A stretch of 64,000 nt of DNA, taken from positions 1,312 to 65,311 of the forward strand of contig CAZWNC010000001.1 of NCBI GenBank assembly GCA_964635195.1, read 5' to 3'. The notes beneath the pieces were generated by a model. That model worked only from the letters and a program-made list of their open reading frames with translations, was not told the DNA's origin and ran no database searches. Below, one piece after another: positions 1 to 9,173 of this stretch; positions within the stretch are counted from its first letter, which is position 1; each line of letters begins with the position of its first letter. The stretch is from an uncultured Candidatus Saccharibacteria bacterium. Its GTDB lineage: Bacteria; Patescibacteriota; Minisyncoccia; Phycocordibacterales; UBA12088. A program made the translations under genes and the position numbers.

Positions 1-65
1 TCTGTCGTCATGCATCGCGTGGTACTCCTTTTGGTGTGGTAGTCTGCCAAGATTCTTTCACATTG

Positions 66-800
66 CTACCGTTTGTCAACATTCGCGATTCGTATAGCCT
101 CGAGGGTATAGCGACGGAGCGTGGTGACTTCTCTTTGTGAGATGACTTCACACGGGATGTCCCAGTGCATCGTGACGAGGTGACCGGGGGCGAGCATCTC
201 GATATCGTAGTCGGCCTCGAGACGACGAATAATCTTTTTTTCAATCGGAGCGCCGAGCATGAGCAGGTCGCCTGTGCGTATGAGTGGTTCGTAGGTGAGT
301 GTGATGTGTGGGCCGGAAACGGCGGTGACGGTGCCCCACGATACGCGACAAGAATCCATAAAGTTGACGTCGGTTTCGCCACTTATGCCACCCATCGCAT
401 GCGGAACATTGAGTACATGGTAGTTGTGGTTGGGGAGAAGGCCGGTACCGATACGCTTTTCAAGCAAGCGGTATGTTGCACGTGGGAACTTATCCTTCAT
501 GCGGAATGTGTCGGTAAGGTGACGATGTAGGGCAGCTTTTTCGATGTGTCCCAAGAGTTCATTGCCAAGCCAGTATGCTTCAACCACTCTCGGGTCGAAG
601 GGGTCTTCGATATGGTTTTCGCGCGCAATGTGTTGGAGGTAGGGGTACAATGCTTCAAATCCCTTGAGGAGCTTCTGAAGTCCAAAGTCGGTATAGCCAT
701 CGTTCACGTAGTCCCATATCTCGCGGTTCGCATCCGGACCGCAAAAATGCAGGCGGTTTGGTCCAAATGCGTAGCGGCTGCAGCGAAGTACCCCGTCCAT
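66..800 (-). CDS. DUF6390-family protein
   Basis: The N-terminus MDGVLRCSRYAFGPNRLHFCGP, VVEAYWLGN, PNHNYHV, MDSCRVSWG and the HypC-like end (GHLVTMHW) match DUF6390 as I recall it. Start moved to the ATG at 800. Confidence 0.75.
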   Translation of the reverse strand: MDGVLRCSRYAFGPNRLHFCGPDANREIWDYVNDGYTDFGLQKLLKGFEALYPYLQHIARENHIEDPFDPRVVEAYWLGNELLGHIEKAALHRHLTDTFRMKDKFPRATYRLLEKRIGTGLLPNHNYHVLNVPHAMGGISGETDVNFMDSCRVSWGTVTAVSGPHITLTYEPLIRTGDLLMLGAPIEKKIIRRLEADYDIEMLAPGHLVTMHWDIPCEVISQREVTTLRRYTLEAIRIANVDKR

Positions 801-901
801 ACTAGGTAGGGTAACGTGCGCGGGTGTGCGGAAGAATATTGACAAGTTTTCCACACATGGTATTACTCATGTCGGGTTTCCACTGTTGACATGAGGTGAG
901 T

Positions 902-1216
902 ATGACCACAACCGCAATCAATGAAGAAATTTTGGATACGCAGTATCTGCTCGAGGAAAAAGACGGTAGCATGGTACGCATCACTCTCGATGTAGATGGT
1001 ACAGAAAAGACCATCTCTCTGGGGCAGCGCATTGCTGCAGGGCGCACTGTCATGGGTATTGTGAAAATAAGCGAAGAGGGTGTGGTCACTCGACTGCATG
1101 ATCCTCGCAAGACGCAGTTTCCCGTACGTGTCGTGTGGGGTCTGACAGAACAGGAAGGAGAGCGAAACATGACGCACCGCGAAGGTGATATGATGTTTGG
1201 CGAGCTCATGTTCTAA
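902..1216 (+). CDS. hypothetical protein (orphan, SD-led)
   Basis: 104-aa ORF with GAGGTG upstream of ATG 902, followed by a terminator hairpin. Confidence 0.65.
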   Translation: MTTTAINEEILDTQYLLEEKDGSMVRITLDVDGTEKTISLGQRIAAGRTVMGIVKISEEGVVTRLHDPRKTQFPVRVVWGLTEQEGERNMTHREGDMMFGELMF

Positions 1217-1231
1217 ACAGGTGTACATAAA

Positions 1232-1255
1232 AAAAGCCGCGTTCGCGCGGCTTTT
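1232..1255 (+). terminator. intrinsic terminator (likely bidirectional)
   Basis: AAAAGCCGCG-TTCG-CGCGGCTTTT. Confidence 0.75.
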
Positions 1256-1288
1256 GCATACCTTGGCACAAACGCTATACTTAACTCC

Positions 1289-2653
1289 ATGCAGACCGAT
1301 GATACATCAGTTCGATGTCAACCTAAATCTCTGAAGCCTCAGCGCGGCCTTTCTCGCAGTCTTGTTGCGAGCATCTCGGAGCGTAAGGGTGAGCCGGAGT
1401 GGATGCTCGAAAAACGTTTGCAGGCCTTCGACCGCATGCAGGCGATGTCCTTGCCTGCGTGGGGCCCGTCACTTGCCGGGCTCGATCTGGAGAGTCTTGT
1501 GTACTATCTCGATCCTGAAGTTGCCGAGACGACCGTGTGGGATGAGTTGCCGACTGAAATCATCGAAACGTTTGATAAGCTTGGTATACCCAAGGCTGAG
1601 CAGGAGTACCTCGGTGGTGTGGGTGCACAGTATGACAGTGGTATGGTGTACCATAAGCTCAAAGAGGGTTTGGCCACACAGGGAGTTATTTTTGAAAATA
1701 TGGATGTGGCGGTACGCAAGTATCCGGAACTCGTGCAAACGTATTTCATGACCCGCTGCGTGCCTGTCGATGATCACTACTTTGCAGCTATGCATGCTGC
1801 AAGTTGGAGCGGTGGGACGTTCATCTACGTGCCCAAGGGCGTCAAAGTGGAGCAACCCCTGCAGGCATACTTTCGTATGAACCGCATGGCGAGCGGACAG
1901 TTTGAGCACACGCTCATCATTGCCGACGAAGGTGCGGAAGTTACGTATATTGAAGGATGCAGTGCGCCGCGGTACAACGCCAGCTCACTCCATGCGGGCT
2001 GCGTTGAGCTTTTTGTGGGAGAGGGCGCACACATGAAATACATCAGTGTTGAAAATTGGTCGCATAACACGTACAACCTGAATACTAAACGAGCAATCGT
2101 GAGCGCGCGCGGCACCATCAACTGGGTGAGTGGTAATATGGGTAGTGGCGTGACGATGCTCTATCCAAGCTCGATCCTCGTGGGGGAGGGTGCACGGAGT
2201 GACAACCTCGGACTTGTGTTTGCCGGCAAGGGGCAGGTGCAGGACACGGGGGCTAAATCAATACACCTTGCGCCACACACTGTGAGTACGATTCGGAGTA
2301 AGTCCATTTCGAAAGATGGCGGCGTGGCCAATTATCGTGGATTGATTAAAGTGTCGCGTGCGGCAAAGGGTGCAAGTGCATCTTTGGTGTGCGAGTCGCT
2401 CTTGCTCGATAGTGACAGTGAGGCGAACACTTACCCGCAGGTCATGAACGCGCAGGACGATGTGACTATCAGCCATGAAGCAACCATCGGCAAGATAGGT
2501 GAAGAGGAGCTTTTTTACCTGCAAACACGAGGCCTTACCAGAGATGAAGGGGTGCGTATGGTGATTGGTGGCTTCGTAGAGCCAATCACAAGAGCTTTGC
2601 CCCTTGAGTATGCGGTGGAGTTCAACAAGCTGGTCGAGCTTGAAATGACCTAG
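1289..2653 (+). CDS. sufB: Fe-S cluster assembly scaffold SufB
   Basis: GVGAQYDS, SGGTFIYVPKGV, GQFEHTLII, YIEGCSAP, DTGAK, SHEATIGKI, LPLEYAVE. Confidence 0.95.
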   Translation: MQTDDTSVRCQPKSLKPQRGLSRSLVASISERKGEPEWMLEKRLQAFDRMQAMSLPAWGPSLAGLDLESLVYYLDPEVAETTVWDELPTEIIETFDKLGIPKAEQEYLGGVGAQYDSGMVYHKLKEGLATQGVIFENMDVAVRKYPELVQTYFMTRCVPVDDHYFAAMHAASWSGGTFIYVPKGVKVEQPLQAYFRMNRMASGQFEHTLIIADEGAEVTYIEGCSAPRYNASSLHAGCVELFVGEGAHMKYISVENWSHNTYNLNTKRAIVSARGTINWVSGNMGSGVTMLYPSSILVGEGARSDNLGLVFAGKGQVQDTGAKSIHLAPHTVSTIRSKSISKDGGVANYRGLIKVSRAAKGASASLVCESLLLDSDSEANTYPQVMNAQDDVTISHEATIGKIGEEELFYLQTRGLTRDEGVRMVIGGFVEPITRALPLEYAVEFNKLVELEMT

Positions 2654-2681
2654 TCGAAACGAGTGATTCTACAGACTACTT

Positions 2682-3902
2682 ATGAGAACGAACATAAAAA
2701 AATTGCGTGACGACTTCCCGATATTTCATACGAAGCCGGACTGGGCGTACCTTGACACTGCGGCAACCGCGCAGGTGCCGCAAGTGGTCATTGATGCGGT
2801 GGCGGAGTTTCAGTGTGCATACCGTTCATCGATACATCGCGGCTTGTACCGCGAGGCGTTACGTGCGACCGAGGTGTATGAACAAGCGCGTGGCACTGTG
2901 GCGAGCTTTCTCAATGCTGAAAGTGCTGAAGAGGTGGTGTTCACATACGGCGCAACATCTTCCTCGAACATGCTCATTGCCATGCTTGAGCATAGTGGGC
3001 TTTTTACAGAAGGGGACGAACTGGTGACAACGGTCACTGAGCATCATTCGTCACTTGTGCCGCAAAGTATGCTGGCGCAACGTCTCGGACTTACCATGTC
3101 GTGTATACCCATGAAGCATTCTCTCCTCCTCGATTATGAATACGCGCGATCCGTTATCACACAAAGGACTAAACTGGTCTCAGTCATGCTCGCGAGCAAC
3201 GTGACCGGTACTATTCACAACGTTCGTCGCATCGCTCGTATGGCACATGCGGTGGGTGCGCTTGTCGCGTGTGATGCGACTGCGGCAGCCGGACACTTGT
3301 CCATTGATGTGCGTGCGCTCGAAGTGGACTTTCTGTACTTTTCAGGACATAAAATGGGTAGCCCGATGGGAATCGGTGCACTGTATGGTAAGCGTGAACT
3401 GTTGCGCGACCTTGAGCCGGGTTGGTATGGGGGCGGTATGGTGGAAGAGGTGGCCTGTACCGGCGCTCGGTGGACGGATGGGCCACAGCGTTTTGAGGCG
3501 GGTACGCCCAATATAGCGGGTGCGATAGGCCTTGCGACCGCCGTGCGATATCTTGCCGAACACAACATGGTTGCCATACGTCAGTACATCGAAGCGTTGC
3601 TTGCGCGCGCGGTAGAAGAGCTCCGAGGGATTGACGGGGTGCAGTTGTTTACGGCGGCACCACATCTGAACGTTGGGATTGTGTCTTTTGTGGTGGAGGG
3701 TGTGCATGCGCACGATCTTGCCGAGATTGCCGCTCGTGAAGGGGTTGCCCTACGGGCTGGGCATCATTGCGCAATGCCGCTCCATGAAGCCTTGGGGGTG
3801 TCGGCGACGGTTCGCGCAAGCTTCTTTCTGTACAACACGAAGCACGACGTCGATGCGCTGGTGGCCGCGGTGAAAAAAGCGAAGCGTATCTTTGAAGCAT
3901 GA
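2682..3902 (+). CDS. sufS: cysteine desulfurase SufS
   Basis: YLDTAATAQ, EHHSS, FSGHKM (PLP Lys), RFEAGTP, LRAGHHCA, RASF. Confidence 0.95.
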   Translation: MRTNIKKLRDDFPIFHTKPDWAYLDTAATAQVPQVVIDAVAEFQCAYRSSIHRGLYREALRATEVYEQARGTVASFLNAESAEEVVFTYGATSSSNMLIAMLEHSGLFTEGDELVTTVTEHHSSLVPQSMLAQRLGLTMSCIPMKHSLLLDYEYARSVITQRTKLVSVMLASNVTGTIHNVRRIARMAHAVGALVACDATAAAGHLSIDVRALEVDFLYFSGHKMGSPMGIGALYGKRELLRDLEPGWYGGGMVEEVACTGARWTDGPQRFEAGTPNIAGAIGLATAVRYLAEHNMVAIRQYIEALLARAVEELRGIDGVQLFTAAPHLNVGIVSFVVEGVHAHDLAEIAAREGVALRAGHHCAMPLHEALGVSATVRASFFLYNTKHDVDALVAAVKKAKRIFEA

Positions 3903-3908
3903 ACACTT

Positions 3909-4313
3909 GTGAGTATGCATGATGCACTGTACCAAGCCCGCATACTTGACCATGCCAAGAATCCGCGGAACAAACGAAAGCTTTTACACGCAGACGCGAC
4001 AATCAAGGGCTCCAATCCTTCATGTGGTGATACACTCGTGCTGTACCTCCGTTTCAATGGTGATACGATAGCGGAAGCGGCTTTTGAGGGCGATGGGTGT
4101 GCCATTTCCCAAGCCACTGCGTCCTTGCTCACCGAAAAGCTCGTCGGCCTGTCAAAAAAACAAGCACAGTCGCTCGGAGAGCCTGACATCTACGCACTGC
4201 TTGGCGTCGAGGTGTCGATCGGACGGCAAAAGTGTGCACTCCTTGCATGGCGAGCGTTGCAAGATGTTTTGAAAAAAAACGCAATAGTCGGTACTGCTAT
4301 GTACTACCAGTAG
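3909..4313 (+). CDS. sufU: SufU/IscU-family sulfur-transfer protein
   Basis: ILDHAKNPRN, NPSCGD, GCAISQA, RQKCALL. Start could be ATG 3915. Confidence 0.9.
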   Translation: MSMHDALYQARILDHAKNPRNKRKLLHADATIKGSNPSCGDTLVLYLRFNGDTIAEAAFEGDGCAISQATASLLTEKLVGLSKKQAQSLGEPDIYALLGVEVSIGRQKCALLAWRALQDVLKKNAIVGTAMYYQ

Positions 4314-4612
4314 TTATGTAACTACTACTAGTATTTTTTTCACAATACATCGTACCTATTCTCGCCGTAGGTCTTGTTTCGCGCTATAGTGTAGCCATTC
4401 CACACCATCTGTGATTATTGAGACTTATATTGGGAACTTGCTGACCGAGCTAAAAAAGAGAATAAAATCAGGGTGCAATTCGGCAGGACTTCAAATGTTG
4501 TGTAGGAGTTGGTTAATAAAAACTTGCTTGATCGTTTTTATAATAAGGGCTAGAAATAGAGATACAATCAGTTTTTGTTATTTCAAGTTGTCCCAAACGT
4601 AACTATTTATTC

Positions 4613-5389
4613 ATGTCCGAACTTACGATCAATCACCTTTTCGTCACTGCGGGGGAAAAACAGGTTGTGTTCGACGTGTCGCTTTCGCTCCTGGCTGGCG
4701 AAGTGGCGATACTTATGGGTCCGAACGGTTCGGGTAAAAGCACGCTCGTGAATGCGCTCATGGGCCACCCGCACTATACCGTGACGCAAGGGGAGGTGCT
4801 CCTGGACGGTGAGAGCATACTCACTCTTGCGCCCCACGAGAGGGCTCGAAAAGGCATGTTTCTTTCATTGCAGCATACTCCCAAGGTGGGTGGTGTGACG
4901 CTCGCGACTTTTTTACACGCGGTGCATACCGCACGTACTGGTGAGCAGGTCGATGTACTCGAGTATTACCTGCGTATGCGAGACCTTGCGGATGAATACG
5001 GTATTCGCAAGGACCTTCTGGATCGCCCCCTTACCGAAGGGCTCTCCGGCGGTGAACGAAAACTTTCTGAGACGCTCCAGCTCATTGCGTTCAAGCCGCA
5101 GGTCGCGTGCCTTGACGAGATAGATTCAGGTGTGGACGTGGATGCGTTACGTGTGGTGTGCGGTGCAGTGTCACGTCTTGCGCACGAGGGCACCGCGTTT
5201 TTGCTCATCAGTCACCACCCTTCGTTACTCGAACACCTCTCCCCGCAGCGGGTGCACCTCATGGCGAATGGACGCTTGGTGCGCAGTGCGGGCAGGGAAC
5301 TTGCCGACTTGGTGCATCGTGAAGGTTTTTGCCAGGCAATTGCATGTCCGATGGTGGAAGGCTGCGAGGCGGCAGGCAGGGCTGACTAG
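4613..5389 (+). CDS. sufC: Fe-S assembly ATPase SufC
   Basis: MGPNGSGKST, GHPHY, LSGGERK, LDEIDSGVDVDAL; Cys-rich C-terminal tail. Confidence 0.92.
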   Translation: MSELTINHLFVTAGEKQVVFDVSLSLLAGEVAILMGPNGSGKSTLVNALMGHPHYTVTQGEVLLDGESILTLAPHERARKGMFLSLQHTPKVGGVTLATFLHAVHTARTGEQVDVLEYYLRMRDLADEYGIRKDLLDRPLTEGLSGGERKLSETLQLIAFKPQVACLDEIDSGVDVDALRVVCGAVSRLAHEGTAFLLISHHPSLLEHLSPQRVHLMANGRLVRSAGRELADLVHREGFCQAIACPMVEGCEAAGRAD

Positions 5390-5404
5390 TGACTTTGAGT
5401 CGTC

Positions 5405-5432
5405 TTGACTATTCCTTCGCTTGCTATACTAT
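5405..5432 (+). promoter_or_regulatory. sigma70-type promoter for tuf-rpsJ
   Basis: TTGACT at 5405-5410 and TG-c-TATACT/TACTAT at 5422-5432. Confidence 0.55.
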
Positions 5433-5512
5433 AAGCTGTACCGCATCTGGGCGTATTTTTTTCTGTGTAGGATATGCGGAGCACCTTTTTAGTGACTCCC
5501 AATAACTGACCC

Positions 5513-5751
5513 CGAAAAGAGCTACGAGCAGGTGAGGGCTTTATCAAAAGCGCACCTTTCGGGGTTGAGGCCATGTTCTCGCGCCTTCATCTCCGCAAGG
5601 TCGCATGCGAAAAGTACGGAGTTTCGGAGCACGTTTTGCCTGCAGAGCACTGTCAGGGATGCGTGTCACACAAGGTTTTGAGTGAGCGGGTTCGACACGT
5701 TCACTTGAAAGTTTGCAAGGCGTCTTGCGACGCACCGGCTCGTACCTTTCG
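5513..5751 (+). ncRNA. candidate structured RNA in the tuf leader
   Basis: Closing helix 5523-5534/5733-5744 (11 of 12 bp) encloses several hairpins; paired by hand. Confidence 0.5.
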
Positions 5752-5769
5752 ATAATCAAGGAACATACT

Positions 5770-6978
5770 ATGGCAACAGAAGTATTCAATCGGTCCAAGC
5801 CACACGTCAACGTGGGTACGATCGGTCACGTTGACCACGGCAAGACCACCACAACCGCGGCCATCCTGCATGTTCTCGGCAATCTTGCCAAGGACAAGGG
5901 TTACAACGCTCGCGTTGAAGCCGTGGACGGTATTGACAATGCACCGGAAGAGAAGGCACGAGGTATCACCATCGCCCTTCACCACAGTGAGTACGAGAGT
6001 CCTATTCGTCACTATGCGCACGTGGACGCACCGGGTCACGCCGACTATATCAAGAACATGATCACCGGTGCCGCTCAGATGGACGGCGCGGTACTTGTCG
6101 TTGCGGCAACCGACGGCGCGATGCCACAGACTCGCGAGCACGTCCTTTTGGCTCGCCAGGTCGGTGTACCCCGTATCGTGGTCTTTATGAACAAGTGTGA
6201 CATGGTCGATGACCCTGACATGCTTGACCTTGTTGAGGAAGAGCTTCGCGAACTTCTTGACGCAAACGGTTTTGATGGCAAGAACGCACCGGTTATTCGT
6301 GGCTCCGGCTTGAAGGCGCTCAGCGCCACATCGGCGGACGACGAGTACGCAAAGAAAATCATTGAGCTCATTGACACGCTCGACACCTACATTGAACAGC
6401 CTGTACGTGAGACCGAAAAGCCATTCTTGATGCCGATCGAAGATATCTTCTCGATTGAAGGTCGCGGCACCGTGGTAACGGGTCGTATCGAACGCGGTAT
6501 CGTCAAGGTTGGTGAAGAGGTCGAGATCGTTGGTATCAAGCCGACCACCAAGACAACCGTTACCGGTATCGAAATGTTCAACAAGCAGCTTGACCAGGGT
6601 ATGGCCGGCGATAACGCAGGTATTCTCTTGCGCGGTACCAAGAAAGACGACGTACATCGTGGTCAGGTGCTCGCAAAGACCGGTTCTGTGACCCCGCACA
6701 CCGACTTCGAATCCGAGGTGTACATCCTCAAGAAGGAGGAAGGAGGCCGCCACACGCCGTTCTTTACCGGTTACAAGCCACAGTTCTATATCCGCACCAC
6801 TGACGTGACAGGCGAAGTGACGCTTGCTGAAGGTGTGGAAATGGTCATGCCGGGTGACACAGTGACATTCAAAGTCAAACTGGTTGCTCCGGTTGCACTT
6901 GAGGAACAGCAGCGCTTTGCTATCCGCGAGGGTGGCCGTACGGTTGGCGCCGGTGTCGTTACTAAGATCAACGCGTAA
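5770..6978 (+). CDS. tuf: elongation factor Tu
   Basis: [39 protein letters not shown]. Confidence 0.99.
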   Translation: MATEVFNRSKPHVNVGTIGHVDHGKTTTTAAILHVLGNLAKDKGYNARVEAVDGIDNAPEEKARGITIALHHSEYESPIRHYAHVDAPGHADYIKNMITGAAQMDGAVLVVAATDGAMPQTREHVLLARQVGVPRIVVFMNKCDMVDDPDMLDLVEEELRELLDANGFDGKNAPVIRGSGLKALSATSADDEYAKKIIELIDTLDTYIEQPVRETEKPFLMPIEDIFSIEGRGTVVTGRIERGIVKVGEEVEIVGIKPTTKTTVTGIEMFNKQLDQGMAGDNAGILLRGTKKDDVHRGQVLAKTGSVTPHTDFESEVYILKKEEGGRHTPFFTGYKPQFYIRTTDVTGEVTLAEGVEMVMPGDTVTFKVKLVAPVALEEQQRFAIREGGRTVGAGVVTKINA

Positions 6979-7001
6979 GCGATCCACTAATCACGACTCC
7001 T

Positions 7002-7361
7002 ATGGCAACAACCACCGCAGCACGACAAAAGACGAAGACCGCACCCGCGATCGAAGGTGGAAAACTCCGCATTCGTATTCGCGCGTACGAGCACAAGATT
7101 CTTGATGCGAGCATCAAGCAAATCATGGATACCGCGCTTCGCTATGATGCGAAGGTGGTGGGTCCGGTGCCGTTGCCCACGGAGATCAAGAAATATACGG
7201 TCAACCGCGCGGCATTCGTGCACAAGGACGCGCGAGAACAGTTCGAAATGCGGGTCCATAAACGGCTGATCGACATTCTCAACCCGAGCGGGAAGGTGAT
7301 CGAGGCTCTTACGAACCTCTCTCTTCCAAGTGGAGTGAACATTGACGTGAAGATGGGTTGA
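7002..7361 (+). CDS. rpsJ: 30S ribosomal protein S10
   Basis: LRIRIRAYEHKILD, GPVPLPT, REQFEMRVHKRLIDI. Confidence 0.98.
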   Translation: MATTTAARQKTKTAPAIEGGKLRIRIRAYEHKILDASIKQIMDTALRYDAKVVGPVPLPTEIKKYTVNRAAFVHKDAREQFEMRVHKRLIDILNPSGKVIEALTNLSLPSGVNIDVKMG

Positions 7362-7368
7362 TATTCAC

Positions 7369-7420
7369 CTCCCATACACCAAAACGCCCTCATACCCGAG
7401 GGCGTTTTGGTGTATGGGAG
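7369..7420. terminator. perfect 23-bp inverted repeat after rpsJ (terminator or stabilising hairpin)
   Basis: CTCCCATACACCAAAACGCCCTC-ATACCC-GAGGGCGTTTTGGTGTATGGGAG; no U-run follows. Confidence 0.65.
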
Positions 7421-8043
7421 AGACCGCAAAAATAAAGCATACCTGGTTACTGTCTACCGTCGGTCGCTTGACGAAACTGGTGTCAACAATGAAATCATAA
7501 CAACCAACCTATCATTGCATACTAAAAAAGACCCTCAGTTCCTTTTTCTATCTTTCTAGCAACATTTCGGCAGTACCGGCACTTTGGATTTAGACTAGTT
7601 TTTCTAGCGAGCTTGTAATTTGGAAACAAAAGTGCCCTCGTGATAAAAATGGAGTGCTTTTGTCTTGGGGTGTCCATATGCGTCTTGCATATAATATACT
7701 GATATGCTGTGAAGTGCGGGTACCGTTTTGGTACCATGCCGTTTAAGGGAATGAGTAGCGTACGGTGTCATATTAGGTGAGTTGATGCGAAGATTTGCAT
7801 ATTCATCCAAATGTGCTATAATACAGAGGTGAGTGCTAGAGTGCAAAACTCTGCATAACGAAGAACTGCGTAAATCCCCCCTTGTGGGGGCTTTACGTAT
7901 TCACCTTACGCATACTTTTTGCCACCAGTGCTTACTGTGATATACTTTACTTGCTTGCTCCTCGAGTGGAGCGCCGCGGCACTCACAAATTAGTTTTTCG
8001 TGGAGCTCGCACCGGCGTTCCATTCGAGGTACAAACGTGACTC

Positions 8044-9108
8044 ATGCGCTTACTCGAAAACGTTTCCCTCGCGGAACTCACAACGCTACGCCTTGGAGGT
8101 GTGGCGCGTTTTTATGTGTCTGTGTACTCGATAGCCGATTTGCGAGAAGCGGTTCATTTTGCACAGCTGAAGCATTTGCCAGTGTGGATACTTGGAGGTG
8201 GCTCCAACACACTCTTTACCGAAGAGGGTTGGCCTGGCCTCGTCATTCGTATTGCGATCTTAGGCACGGAATACAAAGAGGATACAAAGGGTGATGCCCG
8301 GGTTGTGGCGGGTGCGGGCGAGCGGTGGGATACGCTCGTGCAAGATACTGTTTCGCAAGGATTCTGGGGATTGGAGAATCTATCATATGTGCCGGGAAGC
8401 GTGGGTGCGACACCCGTTCAAAATGTTGGATGCTACGGAGTATCGGTTAGTGACTGTATTGACTGGGTTGAGGTGTACGATTGTCGTGATGATGCGCTGC
8501 ACATATTATCTCCAAATTCTTGTGCGTTTGGGTATCGTGACAGTATTTTTAAACATCCGGAAGGTGCTTCCTACATAGTCACTCGCGTTGCATATCGCAT
8601 GAAAACTCGCAGAGCCCCTGTTCTCGAGTACAAAGAACTGGCTGAGCGTTTTGTGGCAAAACCTCCTGAGAGTCCTGCAGAAGTTCGCGACGCTCTTCGC
8701 GAGATACGTGGGAGAAAATTTCCAGATTTGACACGAGTCGGTACCGCCGGTTCATTTTTCAAGAACCCAATCGTACGCAAATCGTCTGTGAAGGATATCG
8801 AGCAGTGGCTTAAATGTTCGGTGCCACAGTATCCTGTTGATGATGAACGTGTCAAGATACCGCTCGCATGGTTACTTGAGGTCTTGGGTTGGAAGGGAAA
8901 GCGGGTCGGATCTGTCGGTACATGGGATGCACATGCATTGGTGTTGGTGCATTACGGCGGGGGAACTGCGTCAGATCTTTTGGCGTTCATTGAGAGTATT
9001 GCAGGTGATGTAAAACGTCGCACGACGATTCGTATCGAGCCGGAAGTGTGTATAGCACGCGTTTCTGAAGTGCAGAGCCGCCTTGAATCGACGTCGAATC
9101 ATGCGTAA
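8044..9108 (+). CDS. murB: UDP-N-acetylenolpyruvoylglucosamine reductase
   Basis: LGGGSN, GLENLSYVPGSVGATPVQNVG, FGYRDSIFK, AGSFFKNP, HALVLV, IEPEV. Confidence 0.96.
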   Translation: MRLLENVSLAELTTLRLGGVARFYVSVYSIADLREAVHFAQLKHLPVWILGGGSNTLFTEEGWPGLVIRIAILGTEYKEDTKGDARVVAGAGERWDTLVQDTVSQGFWGLENLSYVPGSVGATPVQNVGCYGVSVSDCIDWVEVYDCRDDALHILSPNSCAFGYRDSIFKHPEGASYIVTRVAYRMKTRRAPVLEYKELAERFVAKPPESPAEVRDALREIRGRKFPDLTRVGTAGSFFKNPIVRKSSVKDIEQWLKCSVPQYPVDDERVKIPLAWLLEVLGWKGKRVGSVGTWDAHALVLVHYGGGTASDLLAFIESIAGDVKRRTTIRIEPEVCIARVSEVQSRLESTSNHA

Positions 9109-9173
9109 TGCTGAGTGATGTATCGACGTCGAAACGTAAGATGGATAAAAAAATAAAGTATCGACGTCGATAC
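9085..9173. repeat. three tandem 16-bp palindromes GWWTCGACGTCGAWWC
   Basis: Copies at 9085-9100, 9120-9135 and 9158-9173 (the last is perfect: GTATCGACGTCGATAC). Confidence 0.85.

Noticed and set aside
4422-4612. TAG read-through or an alternative genetic code
   Set aside because: TAG and TGA end many intact genes in this window, so code 11 holds.
5676-5710. GGTTCGAC T-loop-like motif suggesting a tRNA before tuf
   Set aside because: No cloverleaf can be built; the motif caps a single long hairpin.
5573-5755. 60-aa Cys-containing ORF before tuf
   Set aside because: No recognisable family; the region is better explained by RNA pairing. A leader peptide cannot be fully excluded.
5701-6987. 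428-aa antisense ORF over tuf
   Set aside because: Mirror frame of a highly codon-biased gene; no motifs of its own.
7522-7737. 71-aa minus ORF with CRYC in the AT-rich gap after rpsJ
   Set aside because: No SD and no family resemblance; not supportable from sequence alone.
7960-8029. SRP 4.5S RNA
   Set aside because: The conserved domain IV motif is absent.
9085-9173. Possible mini CRISPR array (35-38 bp period)
   Set aside because: Repeats are only 16 bp, spacers about 20 bp, and there are no cas genes in the window.
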